Shown here: positions 11,845-21,662 of the stretch, piece by piece
Layout: every line of letters begins with the position of its first letter
How positions within the stretch are numbered: position 1 is the stretch's first letter
Notes under the pieces: model-generated
The model's input: the letters and a program-made list of their open reading frames with translations, nothing else
Told to the model about the DNA's origin: nothing
The model's database searches: none
Program-made: the position numbers and the translations under genes
NCBI GenBank assembly: GCA_044229975.1
Contig: JBGARZ010000002.1
Coordinates: 480,001 to 544,000, forward strand
Direction of reading: 5' to 3'
DNA: 64,000 nucleotides
Source: Polyangiales bacterium
GTDB lineage: Bacteria > Myxococcota_A > Polyangia > Polyangiales > Ga0077539

Positions 11845-12876
11845 GTGACCACCGCGAACGCCTCCAACACCGACCTCGTCCCCGCCCCGGAGCCGCGCAC
11901 CGCGCTCGACAAGCGCCTCGCGGCGATGATCCTCGACCCGCGCGACCTGCCCTTCCTCTACCTTATGGCGCAGTGCCTCGTGCTCGCGGCCTTCGGCGTC
12001 GGCCTCTTCTTCGCGGGACCGTGGGTCTGGTACCTCGCGCCTGTCTACTGGCTCGCGGTGTTTGTCGGCCTCGAAGACCGCTTCATCCTGATGCTGCACT
12101 GCACGTCGCACCGGCAGCTCTTCCGCCCCGAGCACCGGCGTCTCAACTTCGTCATCCCGTGGGTCATCGGGCCCTTCTACGGCGAGACCCCGGAGACCTA
12201 TTTCGTCCACCACATGGGGATGCACCACCCGGAGAACAACCTCCCGGACGACCTCTCCACGACCATGCGCTACCGCCGTGATCGGCTGTCGCACTGGCTC
12301 CACTACCTCTTCAGCTTCCTCTCGGTGGGCCCCGCCCTGCTCGCGCTCTATCACCACCGCAAGAACAACAAGAAGATGCTCCAGCGGATGCTCACCGGGG
12401 AGCTCAGCTTCTACGCGCTGATGGTGCTGCTCGCGGCGCTCAACTGGCGCGCGACCCTGGTGGTGTTCGTCATCCCGGTGCTTCTCGTCCGCACGCTGAT
12501 GATGGCGGGCAACTGGGCGCAGCACGCGTTCATCGACGCGAGCGACCCGGCCAACCCCTACAAGAACAGCATCACCTGCATCAACACCCGCTACAACCGC
12601 CGGTGCTTCAACGACGGCTATCACATCCATCACCACGTGAAGCCGCGCTGCCACTGGAGCGAGTACCCCGACGAGTTCGAGCGCAACAAGGACGAGTACG
12701 CCCGCCAGGACGCCATCGTCTTCGACGGAGTCGACTTCTTCCAGGTGTGGGCGATGCTCATGACCCGCCAGTGGAAGTCGCTCGCGAAGCGCTTCGTGCA
12801 ACTGCCCGGCGCGCCGGTGCGCGACGAGGCCGCGGTGATCGCGTTCCTCCAGTCGCGGGTGCAGGCGATCAGGTAG
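11845..12876 (+). CDS. Membrane fatty acid desaturase family protein
   Basis: Three His boxes (HCTSH, HHMGMHH, NDGYHIHHH) and hydrophobic segments. Confidence 0.88.
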   Translation: MTTANASNTDLVPAPEPRTALDKRLAAMILDPRDLPFLYLMAQCLVLAAFGVGLFFAGPWVWYLAPVYWLAVFVGLEDRFILMLHCTSHRQLFRPEHRRLNFVIPWVIGPFYGETPETYFVHHMGMHHPENNLPDDLSTTMRYRRDRLSHWLHYLFSFLSVGPALLALYHHRKNNKKMLQRMLTGELSFYALMVLLAALNWRATLVVFVIPVLLVRTLMMAGNWAQHAFIDASDPANPYKNSITCINTRYNRRCFNDGYHIHHHVKPRCHWSEYPDEFERNKDEYARQDAIVFDGVDFFQVWAMLMTRQWKSLAKRFVQLPGAPVRDEAAVIAFLQSRVQAIR

Positions 12877-12897
12877 CGCGGGGCCTGCGGCCGGCCG

Positions 12898-13458
12898 TCA
12901 GCCGTCGCCCAGTAGGCGGTCGAGGATGATCGCGACGGCGCAGCGCACCGGCAGGTGGTTGTAGCCGTTGGGCCGCACCGGAGCGAGGTGCACGTCGGCC
13001 TTCTCCAGCACGCGATCGGCGAGCCCGTAGCCCGTCCCGAACATCAACAGGTACGGCCCCTCCGCCGTCGCCATCTCGTCGCGGAGCGCGTCGAAGCTCG
13101 TCGCCATCGCGCGCGCCTTGGCGGCCGTCGTGACGACCCTCGGCGCGACGCCCTCCTTCGCGGTGATGGCTGCGATGGCCTCTTCGATGGACCCGATGTC
13201 CTGCACGATGGAGAGCGCCTCGGTGCGCTCCGGAACGCGGTCGCCGCCCTTCCCCTCGCGCCAGTAGCCGAGGATGTGGTGGATGAGCTCGCGCTGCGCC
13301 GTGATGGGCGTCACCACATAGTACCCGGCCGCGCCGTAGGTGCGGGCCGTGCGCGCGATGTCATGCACATCGAGGTTGGTCACCGACGTGGTGATCTCGT
13401 CGCCGCCGCGGCCGCGCACCGGGTGGTGCACCAGGGCCAGATACACGTTGCCCTTCAT
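12898..13458 (-). CDS. TrmD-associated SPOUT RNA methyltransferase (Methyltrn_RNA_4-like)
   Basis: Motifs [29 protein letters not shown] and [17 protein letters not shown]. The ATG at 13458 overlaps the trmD stop. Confidence 0.88.
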   Translation of the reverse strand: MKGNVYLALVHHPVRGRGGDEITTSVTNLDVHDIARTARTYGAAGYYVVTPITAQRELIHHILGYWREGKGGDRVPERTEALSIVQDIGSIEEAIAAITAKEGVAPRVVTTAAKARAMATSFDALRDEMATAEGPYLLMFGTGYGLADRVLEKADVHLAPVRPNGYNHLPVRCAVAIILDRLLGDG

Positions 13459-14198
13459 GGCTCCTCCCCGTCGATGATCTTCTGGTCGGCGCGGTCGAGG
13501 GTCATCCGCGCGAAGAGGTCGGGCCGACGCTCCCTCGTGCGCCGCAGCGAGTGCCACCGCCGCCACTTCGCGATGCGCGCGTGGTCGCCGCAGCGCAGCA
13601 CCTCAGGCACCGAAACACCACGGAACTCCAGCGGTCGCGTGTACTGCGGGTACTCGAGCGTTCCGTCGTCGCCGTGAGACTCCGTGGTCGCGCTCTCGGC
13701 GTTGCCCAACGCACCTGGCAGCAGCCTCACCACCGCGTCGATGATGGCGAGCGCCGCGGGTTCACCACCCGTCAACACGAAGTCACCGAGGGAGATCTCG
13801 TCGTCGACGTACGCGCGCACCCGCTCGTCGATGCCCTCGTAGCGACCACACACAAACGCCAGCGCGGGCAGCTTGCTCAGCTCGCGCGCTACGGCCTGCG
13901 TGAAGGGCCGACCCGTCGGGCTCATCAAGATGCGGTGCGGCGGCCCGCCCGTCGCCTCCACCGGCGGAACCGACTCGATGGCTCCCACCACCGCGGGCGC
14001 CATCATCACCATGCCGTTGCCGCCGCCGTACGGCGCGTCGTCGACGGTGTGGTGCTTGTTGGTGGAGAAATCCCTGATCTGCACGCCGTGGAAGCGCACC
14101 AGCCCCTGCGTGACGGCGCGACCCACGATGCTCGACCGCGTGAACCCGTCGAGCACCTCGGGGAAGAGCGCCACCAGGTAGACGTCGAGCGCGGCCAT
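13455..14198 (-). CDS. trmD: tRNA (guanine37-N1)-methyltransferase
   Basis: Motifs [31 protein letters not shown] and LEYPQYTRP. Confidence 0.97.
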   Translation of the reverse strand: MAALDVYLVALFPEVLDGFTRSSIVGRAVTQGLVRFHGVQIRDFSTNKHHTVDDAPYGGGNGMVMMAPAVVGAIESVPPVEATGGPPHRILMSPTGRPFTQAVARELSKLPALAFVCGRYEGIDERVRAYVDDEISLGDFVLTGGEPAALAIIDAVVRLLPGALGNAESATTESHGDDGTLEYPQYTRPLEFRGVSVPEVLRCGDHARIAKWRRWHSLRRTRERRPDLFARMTLDRADQKIIDGEEP

Positions 14199-14726
14199 TC
14201 AGCCCTCTTCGTCGAGGGCGCCCTCGGCGAGCACCACGACACCCGCCTCGGCGTCGATGGACTCGACGTGGCCGTCGGCGATGGGCACCTCGCGGTCGCC
14301 CTTGGGGCCACGCACCAGCAGCGCGTCGACGGAGGGGTACGCGATGACCTCGACCACCTCACCGACGACGGCGCCCGAGGCGTCGTGCACGGCGCTGCCC
14401 GGGAGGTCGCAGTGGTAGAACTCCCCCTCGCCCAGCGGCGCGAGCTCGCCCCGGCGCACGGACAGCTCAGCGAGCACCAGCGCCTCGGCCGCGTCGCGGT
14501 TGAGCGCGCCGACGAAGGACACGCTCATGCCCTTGCCGGCCTCGTGAATGGCCGCGATGGTGAGCGTCTTCTCGCCGAGTCCGTCGCGCTTGACGCGTAC
14601 GGTGAGGCCCACGCGGAGCGCGGCGATGTCGTCGTTGAAGGGCCGGAGCCAGAGCATGCCCTGGAGCCCCTTGGGGCGGCCGATGACGCCGACCGGGATC
14701 CAGCGCGCGGGATCGATGCGCGACAT
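14199..14726 (-). CDS. rimM: Ribosome maturation factor RimM
   Basis: Motifs VGVIGRPKGLQG and GEFYHCDLPG; position in the rpsP-trmD operon. Confidence 0.92.
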   Translation of the reverse strand: MSRIDPARWIPVGVIGRPKGLQGMLWLRPFNDDIAALRVGLTVRVKRDGLGEKTLTIAAIHEAGKGMSVSFVGALNRDAAEALVLAELSVRRGELAPLGEGEFYHCDLPGSAVHDASGAVVGEVVEVIAYPSVDALLVRGPKGDREVPIADGHVESIDAEAGVVVLAEGALDEEG

Positions 14727-14756
14727 CGCTGGGCCTCGCAGGGTCTTAGGAGAGAG

Positions 14757-14999
14757 TCAGTTTTCGACGATGTTGAGGAGCACGCGCTGGCCGGAGGCGG
14801 CGGTCGCGGCGGAGAGCACGGTGCGCAGGGCGCGGGCGGTCTGCCCCCGGCGGCCGATGATCTTCCCCAGGTCGTCGGGGGCGACGCGCAGCTCGATGAC
14901 CACGGCGCCGTCGCGGGACGACTCGGACACCACCACCGACTCGGGCCGATCGACCAGCGAGCGGGCGAGGTGACGAACGATCAGGAAAGGGTCGACCAT
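14757..14999 (-). CDS. khpA: KH-domain RNA-binding protein (KhpA/YlqC family)
   Basis: Motif ELRVAPDDLGKIIGRRGQTARALR; lies between rpsP and rimM. Confidence 0.92.
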   Translation of the reverse strand: MVDPFLIVRHLARSLVDRPESVVVSESSRDGAVVIELRVAPDDLGKIIGRRGQTARALRTVLSAATAASGQRVLLNIVEN

Positions 15000-15024
15000 C
15001 GTAGGTTGTCGGGGGAGCGGGCGA

Positions 15025-15285
15025 TCAGGCCGCGGGAGCGGCGACGGCCGGGTTGCGCTTCACGAGGTTGGTGATCTCCTCGGAGAGAAGCGCACCGACG
15101 CTCTGCCAGTAGGCGAGGCGGGCGTGGTCGATCGAGAAGGCCTTGCCCGCGTCCTTGGCGCGCGGATCGTAGAGCCCGATGAGCTCGATGTGCTTGCCGT
15201 CCCGGGGGGAGCGCGAATCCGTCACCGCCACGCGGTAGATCGGGGTCTTCTTGGTACCAACGCGCGCCAGACGAATCTTCACCAT
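15025..15285 (-). CDS. rpsP: 30S ribosomal protein S16
   Basis: MVKIRLARVGTKKTPIYRVAVTDSRSPRDGKHIELIGLYDP. Confidence 0.97.
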   Translation of the reverse strand: MVKIRLARVGTKKTPIYRVAVTDSRSPRDGKHIELIGLYDPRAKDAGKAFSIDHARLAYWQSVGALLSEEITNLVKRNPAVAAPAA

Positions 15286-15359
15286 GATGACGAAACCTTC
15301 CTCAACACTCGACACTGCCAACCAGCAAACGCCCACTCAGGGGCGTGTCAGGGGCGCGG

Positions 15360-15389
15360 AAACTACCGTCGCATCTTTGCCTTCGTCAA
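15360..15389 (-). promoter_or_regulatory. Putative sigma70 promoter of the rpsP operon
   Basis: TTGACG-N18-TAGTTT on the minus strand, about 75 nt upstream of rpsP. Confidence 0.6.
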
Positions 15390-15472
15390 GCGCCTCCCCC
15401 GTATCCACACGAAGGTCGCCACCGGATGCACGCTTGACTCGCTCGCCGCGTCGGCATCAATCCCACCCCGCG

Positions 15473-17143
15473 ATGCTCCTGTCCACGCTCCGCTCGTCCC
15501 GCGTGTACGCGCTGCTGGTGCTGTCCCTCAGCGCGTCGTTTGGCCTCGGCGCCTCGTGCCGTCGACCGCCTCCCCCAGCGCGCCCGACGCCCGCCGCGCG
15601 GCCTCCCATCCGCCTCTATTTCCTCTCCGACCTCGACGGCTACCTCGAACCCTGCGGCTGCCAGTCGCGCCCCCTCGGCGGCATCGACCGCGTCGCGGCG
15701 CTCATCGGTCAGGAGCGCGCGGCCCACCCCCACAGCCTCCTCGTCGCCACCGGCAACCTCTTCTTCGAGCACCCCACCCTCGAAGCGCAGATGGTCTTCC
15801 AGGAGCGCGCCAAGGCCGAGTCGCTCGGGCCCATCCTCGACGGGCTCGGACTCGCCGCCTACGCGCCGGGCCCGTCGGACTACGCCCTCGGCGCCGACGT
15901 ATTGCAAGCACTCGCGCGCACCACCCGCGCCGTCCCGCTGGTGGCCAACCGCGCAGGCGCCGAGTCGACCCTGGTGCGCGAGGTGGCGGGCGTTCGCATT
16001 GGCCTCGTTGGCGTGAGCGATTTCGCCACCGCGGAGGGTTCGCGCCCGGCAGGAGCTCCCGAGACGAGCGACGCGGTCGAGGCGGCGCGTCGGGCCGTGG
16101 CGTCGCTGCGCGGGAGGGCCGACGTGGTGGTGGTGCTCGCGTCGGTTCCGCGGAGGGTGGCGCGCACCATCGCGGGCGAGGTCGCGGGCGTGGACTTCGT
16201 CATCGCCGCGCGGGAGTCGTCGGCCACTCCGCCGCCGCCCGAGCGCATCGGCCAGGCGCACCTCCTCACGGCCGTCGACCAGGGCAAGGGCCTCGGCGCC
16301 GTCGACCTCTACCTCCGCGGCGACGGAGCTTTTCAAGACACCTCCAACGCCAGCGCCACGGCCGAGCGCGCGCGCCTCGACGAACGCATCCACAACCTCG
16401 CGGGTCGCCTCGCCGCCTGGGAGCAGGACCCGGCCACCGACCGCGCCGCCATCGCCGCGCAGCGCACCCGCCTCGCCGAGATGAACGCCCAGCGCGCTGC
16501 GCTCGACCACCGTCCCGCCCCCACCACGGGTCGCTCCTTCGAGGCGCGTTCGTTCGAGATCGCGCCCGACGTGCCGCGCGCGCCCGCCGTGCAGGCGCAG
16601 ATCGCGACCTACTTCCGCGCCATCAACGACCGCAACCACACCGAGTACGCCTCGCTGCGCGCACCCGCGGCGCCGCCCGGGACGCCCCACTACGTCGGCA
16701 TCGAGGCGTGCCGCGACTGCCACGAGGAGGCCTACAACGTCTGGGCGCGAACGCCTCACAGCCACGCCTACCGCACGCTGGAAGACATCTCGAAGAACTA
16801 CAACCTCGCGTGCGTCGGCTGCCACGTCACCGGCTATCGCCAGCCCGGCGGCAGCGAGGTCGTGCAGAACGACGGCCTGCGTGACGTGCAGTGCGAGACC
16901 TGCCACGGCCCGGGCAGCGCCCACGTCGACGCGCGCAACGACGTGGCCCGCCGCGCGACCATCCGCCGCGACGCGCCCGCCGATCTCTGCGCGGGGCAAT
17001 GCCACACGGCCGAGCACTCCGACCACTTCAACTACGCCACGTACCGACCGCGCATCCTCGGCCCCGGCCACGGGCTGCCCATGACCGCGGGCGACGCGGG
17101 TGCCTCCGCGCCGGTCGACGGCTCTTCTCCAGCAGGCCACTGA
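15473..17143 (+). CDS. Lipoprotein with a UshA/5'-nucleotidase-like domain and a C-terminal tetraheme cytochrome c554-like domain
   Basis: Signal peptide ending GASC; FLSDLDGYLEPCGC...GGIDR; heme motifs CRDCH, CVGCH, CETCH and CAGQCH. Confidence 0.85.
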   Translation: MLLSTLRSSRVYALLVLSLSASFGLGASCRRPPPPARPTPAARPPIRLYFLSDLDGYLEPCGCQSRPLGGIDRVAALIGQERAAHPHSLLVATGNLFFEHPTLEAQMVFQERAKAESLGPILDGLGLAAYAPGPSDYALGADVLQALARTTRAVPLVANRAGAESTLVREVAGVRIGLVGVSDFATAEGSRPAGAPETSDAVEAARRAVASLRGRADVVVVLASVPRRVARTIAGEVAGVDFVIAARESSATPPPPERIGQAHLLTAVDQGKGLGAVDLYLRGDGAFQDTSNASATAERARLDERIHNLAGRLAAWEQDPATDRAAIAAQRTRLAEMNAQRAALDHRPAPTTGRSFEARSFEIAPDVPRAPAVQAQIATYFRAINDRNHTEYASLRAPAAPPGTPHYVGIEACRDCHEEAYNVWARTPHSHAYRTLEDISKNYNLACVGCHVTGYRQPGGSEVVQNDGLRDVQCETCHGPGSAHVDARNDVARRATIRRDAPADLCAGQCHTAEHSDHFNYATYRPRILGPGHGLPMTAGDAGASAPVDGSSPAGH

Positions 17144-18469
17144 ATGCTGAGCCCCTCGATCTGGCTGCTGGCCGCGAGCACCTGCGTGCTCCCCTTCGTC
17201 GCGGGGCGCCGGCTCGGCGGCTTCGTGCACGCCCGCCCCTGGAGCCCGTGGCGCCGCGCGCTCGGCATCGTCGTCCCCGCGTCGCTCGCCCTGGCGTCGC
17301 TCGCCCTGCCGGCCCCGCGTGTCTGGTTCAGCGTCTACGACCACGCGCTCATGGCTGCGCTCTTCGCCCTCGGGCTGCTGCTCGCCGAGCGCCCCGGACG
17401 ACCCCGCCTCATCGGCCGCCAGGCCATCCTCCCGACCCTGGTGGTGCTCGTGATCGGCGGCTCCCTCGTCGAGTGGCAGGCGCGACGCATGCCCGGCGCG
17501 CCGCAGGACCCGGGCGACCCCGCGGAGATGCACCTCGTCTTTCGCCGCGAAGGCAGGGACATCCGCTGCCGCGCCATCTTCCCCGGCGCCTACGACTACG
17601 ACCTCCTGCAAGATCGCTGGCGCAACCTCGGGCCGACGCCGGGTCGGCGACGCGTGCTGCACGTCGGCGACTCGATGCTCACCAGCTTCCGGGGTGACCC
17701 CTTCACCGCGGTGCTCGACGGACTACGCCCCGGCGAGGTGCACATGAACCTCGGCATGGGCGGCGCGGCCCCCGACGCCTACCGGCTGATGCTCCGCCAC
17801 TGGCTCGACCGGACGCACCCCGACGAGGTGGTCGTGCACATCTTCCTGGGCAACGACCTCAACGAGTACCCCGAGTACCAATGCTGCGAGGGCGGCCCAC
17901 TCGTCGCTTTCACGCCCGCCGGGACGATGACGCCCCGATGCGACTCCCCCCGTTGGAACGTCGACTCCGAATCCCGCTGGCGCCTCGGCCCTTCGCCCTA
18001 TGCGTTGCGGTTGCTCGGCCACTACTCCAACGCCGCGGCCCGCGTGGTGGAGCGCATGGAACGCTCGATGCGCGCGGGCGTCGCGCCTACGACGGTCTCG
18101 GGCTCCTTCGGCTGGGGCCCGATGCGCACGCGCCTGCGCACCGAGCTGTTCTTCCGGGCGATCCGTGACGAGGTCGCCGCGCGCCGTGTGCCGCTCACCC
18201 TCTCCCTGCTCCCCGCGCGGTGGACGCTGGAGTCCGACGACGCCAACGACCCGGTGAACCTCATGCACGCCGAGGCCCTCGAGGCCGCGCACGCGCTCGA
18301 CATTCGCATCGTGGACCCGTGGGACGTCTTCCTTCCCGCGGCCCGAAACCCGGCCCCGGACCTGTGGTTTTCCCCTGAGAACCACCGCGATCCCCACCTC
18401 GGCAACGCCGGCCATCGGCTCTACGCGCGATGGCTCAACGAGCACGCCTTCACGCCCCGCGCTCCGTGA
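17144..18469 (+). CDS. Membrane-anchored SGNH/GDSL-like hydrolase
   Basis: N-terminal TM segments; VLHVGDSM, NLGMGG, IFLGNDL and DPHLGNAGH (DxH). Confidence 0.75.
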   Translation: MLSPSIWLLAASTCVLPFVAGRRLGGFVHARPWSPWRRALGIVVPASLALASLALPAPRVWFSVYDHALMAALFALGLLLAERPGRPRLIGRQAILPTLVVLVIGGSLVEWQARRMPGAPQDPGDPAEMHLVFRREGRDIRCRAIFPGAYDYDLLQDRWRNLGPTPGRRRVLHVGDSMLTSFRGDPFTAVLDGLRPGEVHMNLGMGGAAPDAYRLMLRHWLDRTHPDEVVVHIFLGNDLNEYPEYQCCEGGPLVAFTPAGTMTPRCDSPRWNVDSESRWRLGPSPYALRLLGHYSNAAARVVERMERSMRAGVAPTTVSGSFGWGPMRTRLRTELFFRAIRDEVAARRVPLTLSLLPARWTLESDDANDPVNLMHAEALEAAHALDIRIVDPWDVFLPAARNPAPDLWFSPENHRDPHLGNAGHRLYARWLNEHAFTPRAP

Positions 18470-18515
18470 TCGGGGCGGTGGTTCTTCTATTCACCGTGAG
18501 CCGCCGCCAGGGCGT

Positions 18516-19091
18516 ATGGTCGCGGTCGTCATGACGCCCAGGCTCCCCTCTGCGCGAACGTTCGTGGCGGTCCTGGTGGCCGCGCTGGCTCCTTCGGTGG
18601 TCGCGACCCTCGCGGCGAGGCAGACGCTGCCCGAGCGACGCGTGACCGAAGAGCACGAGCGGCGAGCGCTCCGCTGGCTGGCCGACCGCTCCCGGCTCTC
18701 GCAGGAGCTCAGGGCGTCCGTGGCGGTGGCGCGGTTGGCCGCCGTGGCGGAGCTCACCGACGACACGGCGACCGCGGCGGCGGCCGGCGCGGGCGTGCGG
18801 CGCATCGAGCTCATCAGCGACAGCGGTCGGGTGCTGGCGCGCGGAGTGCCGGCGTCGCAACGCGAGCCCCAGTGCCCGCCGGTGATGCTCTCCCAGCCGG
18901 TGCGCGAGGGCGTGCGGGCGACGATCACCGTGGACAGCGACTGCGTGACGTTGGCGAACCTCGCAGCACCGCGGGCGCGGCCGACCATCAAGGGAGCCAT
19001 CGTCGCGACGAGTGTCGCGGCGCTCGTCGCCATGCTGGTGGCGTTGTTCATCTTGCGCCCGGCAGCGTCGAGCTCTCCGTCGGAGGAGTAG
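18516..19091 (+). CDS. Hypothetical membrane protein (two TMs flanking an extracytoplasmic domain; possibly a truncated sensor)
   Basis: Hydrophobic segments at both ends and only about 10 residues after the second TM. Confidence 0.6.
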   Translation: MVAVVMTPRLPSARTFVAVLVAALAPSVVATLAARQTLPERRVTEEHERRALRWLADRSRLSQELRASVAVARLAAVAELTDDTATAAAAGAGVRRIELISDSGRVLARGVPASQREPQCPPVMLSQPVREGVRATITVDSDCVTLANLAAPRARPTIKGAIVATSVAALVAMLVALFILRPAASSSPSEE

Positions 19092-19092
19092 C

Positions 19093-19218
19093 TGCGGCGC
19101 CTGCGAACCCGAGTGCCCGGTGAGCGCCATCTTCGACGAGGACATGGTTCCGTCGTGGGACCCCGACGCGCTCGCCCGCAACATTGCCTTCTCCGTCGCC
19201 CGGCGCGCGAAGCCCTGA
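19093..19218 (+). pseudogene. C-terminal remnant of a 7Fe/2x[4Fe-4S] ferredoxin
   Basis: CGACEPECPVSAIFDEDMVPSWDPDALARNIAF begins 1 nt after the upstream stop. There is no start codon and no N-terminal Cys cluster. Confidence 0.75.
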
Positions 19219-19260
19219 AACTTCCCCTCCCCTCGCCTTTCGCGTGACCCTCCATCGGTC

Positions 19261-19668
<408 letters not shown>

Positions 19669-21071
19669 ACCGCAGCACCGCGACGCCCAGCAGCGCGCTC
19701 ACCGTCGACCCCACCAGCACGCCCACCTTCGCGCCGTCGGCGAGCGAGCGCTGCCCCGCAAACGCCAGCTCCCCGATGAAGAGCGACATCGTGAACCCGA
19801 TGCCCGCGAGCAACGACACGCCGAACACCTGACCCCACGACGCGTCCGTCGGGCGCGGGGCGAGCCCGGCGCGCACGGCGATCCAGGTGACGCCGAAGAC
19901 CCCCAGCGGCTTGCCCAGCACGAGGCCCAGCGCGGCACCGACCGCCGCGGGCGAGGCCATCGCGCCGCCGCCCGCGCCAACCACCCGCACCCCCGCGTTG
20001 ACCAGCGCAAACAGCGGAACGATCGCAAACGCCACCACGCCGTGGAGCACGACCAGCACCCGGTCGAGCGGCGACTGCATCTCCTCCAGGTGCCGCTCGA
20101 TGGAGGCCAGCACCCCGGAGTCGGGCGCGTCGGCGTCCTGGTGTTCGCGCAGCGAGTCGAGCGCCTCGTCGAGCTCGGCCAGCACTTCACCGACCGGCCG
20201 CGGCGCGCGCGCGGGAATCGCCAGCCCCAGCACCACGCCCGCCAGCGTCGAGTGCAGACCCGAGCGCAGCATCGCCACCCAGAGCGCGAAGCCCAGCGCG
20301 GCGTACGGCCACACCGTCCGAACGCCCGCGCGCCCGAGCCCGACGAGCGCGAGGGTGACCAGCACCGCGGCGCCGAGCCACGCCCACGCGATGCCGTGCC
20401 CGTAGAAGAGCCCGATCACCACGATGGCGCCGAGGTCGTCGAAGATCGCGAGCGACATCACGAAGACGAAGAGCGACGACGGTACCCGCGCGCGCATCAG
20501 CGACAGGCACCCCAGCGCGAAGGCGATGTCCGTCGCCATGGGGACGCCCCACCCGGCGCGGGCGGGCGTGCCCTCGGCCACGCCGACGTACGCGAGCGCG
20601 GGCACCACCATGCCCCCGAAGGCCGCGGCGAGCGGGAGCAGCGCGCGGCCCAGGGTGCGCAGCTCACCGCGCAGGAGCTCTCGCTTGATCTCCAGGCCCA
20701 CGACGAGGAAGAAGAGGGTCATCAGGCCCTCGTTGACCCAGTGCTGCACCGACCAGCGGAGCACGAAGCGGCCGACGCCGAGCGTCACCGGCGCGTGCAC
20801 CAGGTGGTCGAGCCCGGCGCTCCAGCGGGTGTTGGCCCACGCTACGGCCGTCACCGCCGCGGCGAGCAGCAGGAGCCCGCTCGCGGCCTCCAGTCGGAAG
20901 AAGGCCTGCAGTGGCCGCACGAGCGCAAACAGCACCCGCGGAACCGCCCTGCTCCCCTTCGTCGTGATCGCCGTCGCCATGGTCCGCCACAGTCCCTACC
21001 GCACGGCCGCGCGGTGTTCACCCCAGATCGGCCGCAGCGGGACGGCGGCGATGCTGATAGCTTCCGCCGCG

Positions 21072-21635
21072 ATGAGCGGCGTCGACGATCGCGCGATGGT
21101 GAAGGGCTTCGCGCTGCTCTCCTACCTCGACGCGCTGCGGGCGAGGCCCACGCTCGCAGGCCGCGTGATGCGCGAGCTCGAGGCGCGCCGCCCCGCGAGC
21201 CACCGCTTCTTCGCGGGCGAGGTCTACGCCAACCAGTGGTACCCGCGCTCGGAGATGCACGCGCTCTTCGACGCCCTCGCCGCGGTGGCGGGCGACGGCG
21301 ACGAGGAGTTTCGCGGCCTCGGCGCGCGGGCCGCGGAGTTTCAGATCGGCCGCATCTACCGGGTGTTTCTGGCCTTCGCGACGCCCGCGCTGGTCTTCCA
21401 GCGGGCCGAGTCCATCTGGGACAAGCAGAGCACAGGCGGGCGCTTTCGCGTGGTGCACGCCGCGGACGACCACCTCATCGGCGAGCTCGACGACCCGACG
21501 GCCCCCGTGAAGCTCCCCGTCGTGATGGCCGGCTGGAGCGATCGCGTCGTGATGATGCTACGCAGGCGCCCGACCCCGACGGAGGTCACCGCGCTCGGCG
21601 CCGGCCGCCACCGCTTCCGCGTCGCCTGGACGTAG
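21072..21635 (+). CDS. Myxobacterial hypothetical protein (DUF2378/H-NOX-like small family)
   Basis: The pattern VKGF...QWYP...LGARAAE...IYRVFL...TPALV...IW is typical of this myxobacterial family. Start uncertain (21072 or 21096). Confidence 0.6.
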   Translation: MSGVDDRAMVKGFALLSYLDALRARPTLAGRVMRELEARRPASHRFFAGEVYANQWYPRSEMHALFDALAAVAGDGDEEFRGLGARAAEFQIGRIYRVFLAFATPALVFQRAESIWDKQSTGGRFRVVHAADDHLIGELDDPTAPVKLPVVMAGWSDRVVMMLRRRPTPTEVTALGAGRHRFRVAWT

Positions 21636-21662
21636 ACCCTCCCTCCCCGATCACACCCTCCC

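Noticed and set aside
15652..15662. Possible selenocysteine in the CGC motif of the UshA-like cytochrome
   Set aside because: Both codons are TGC; there is no in-frame TGA.
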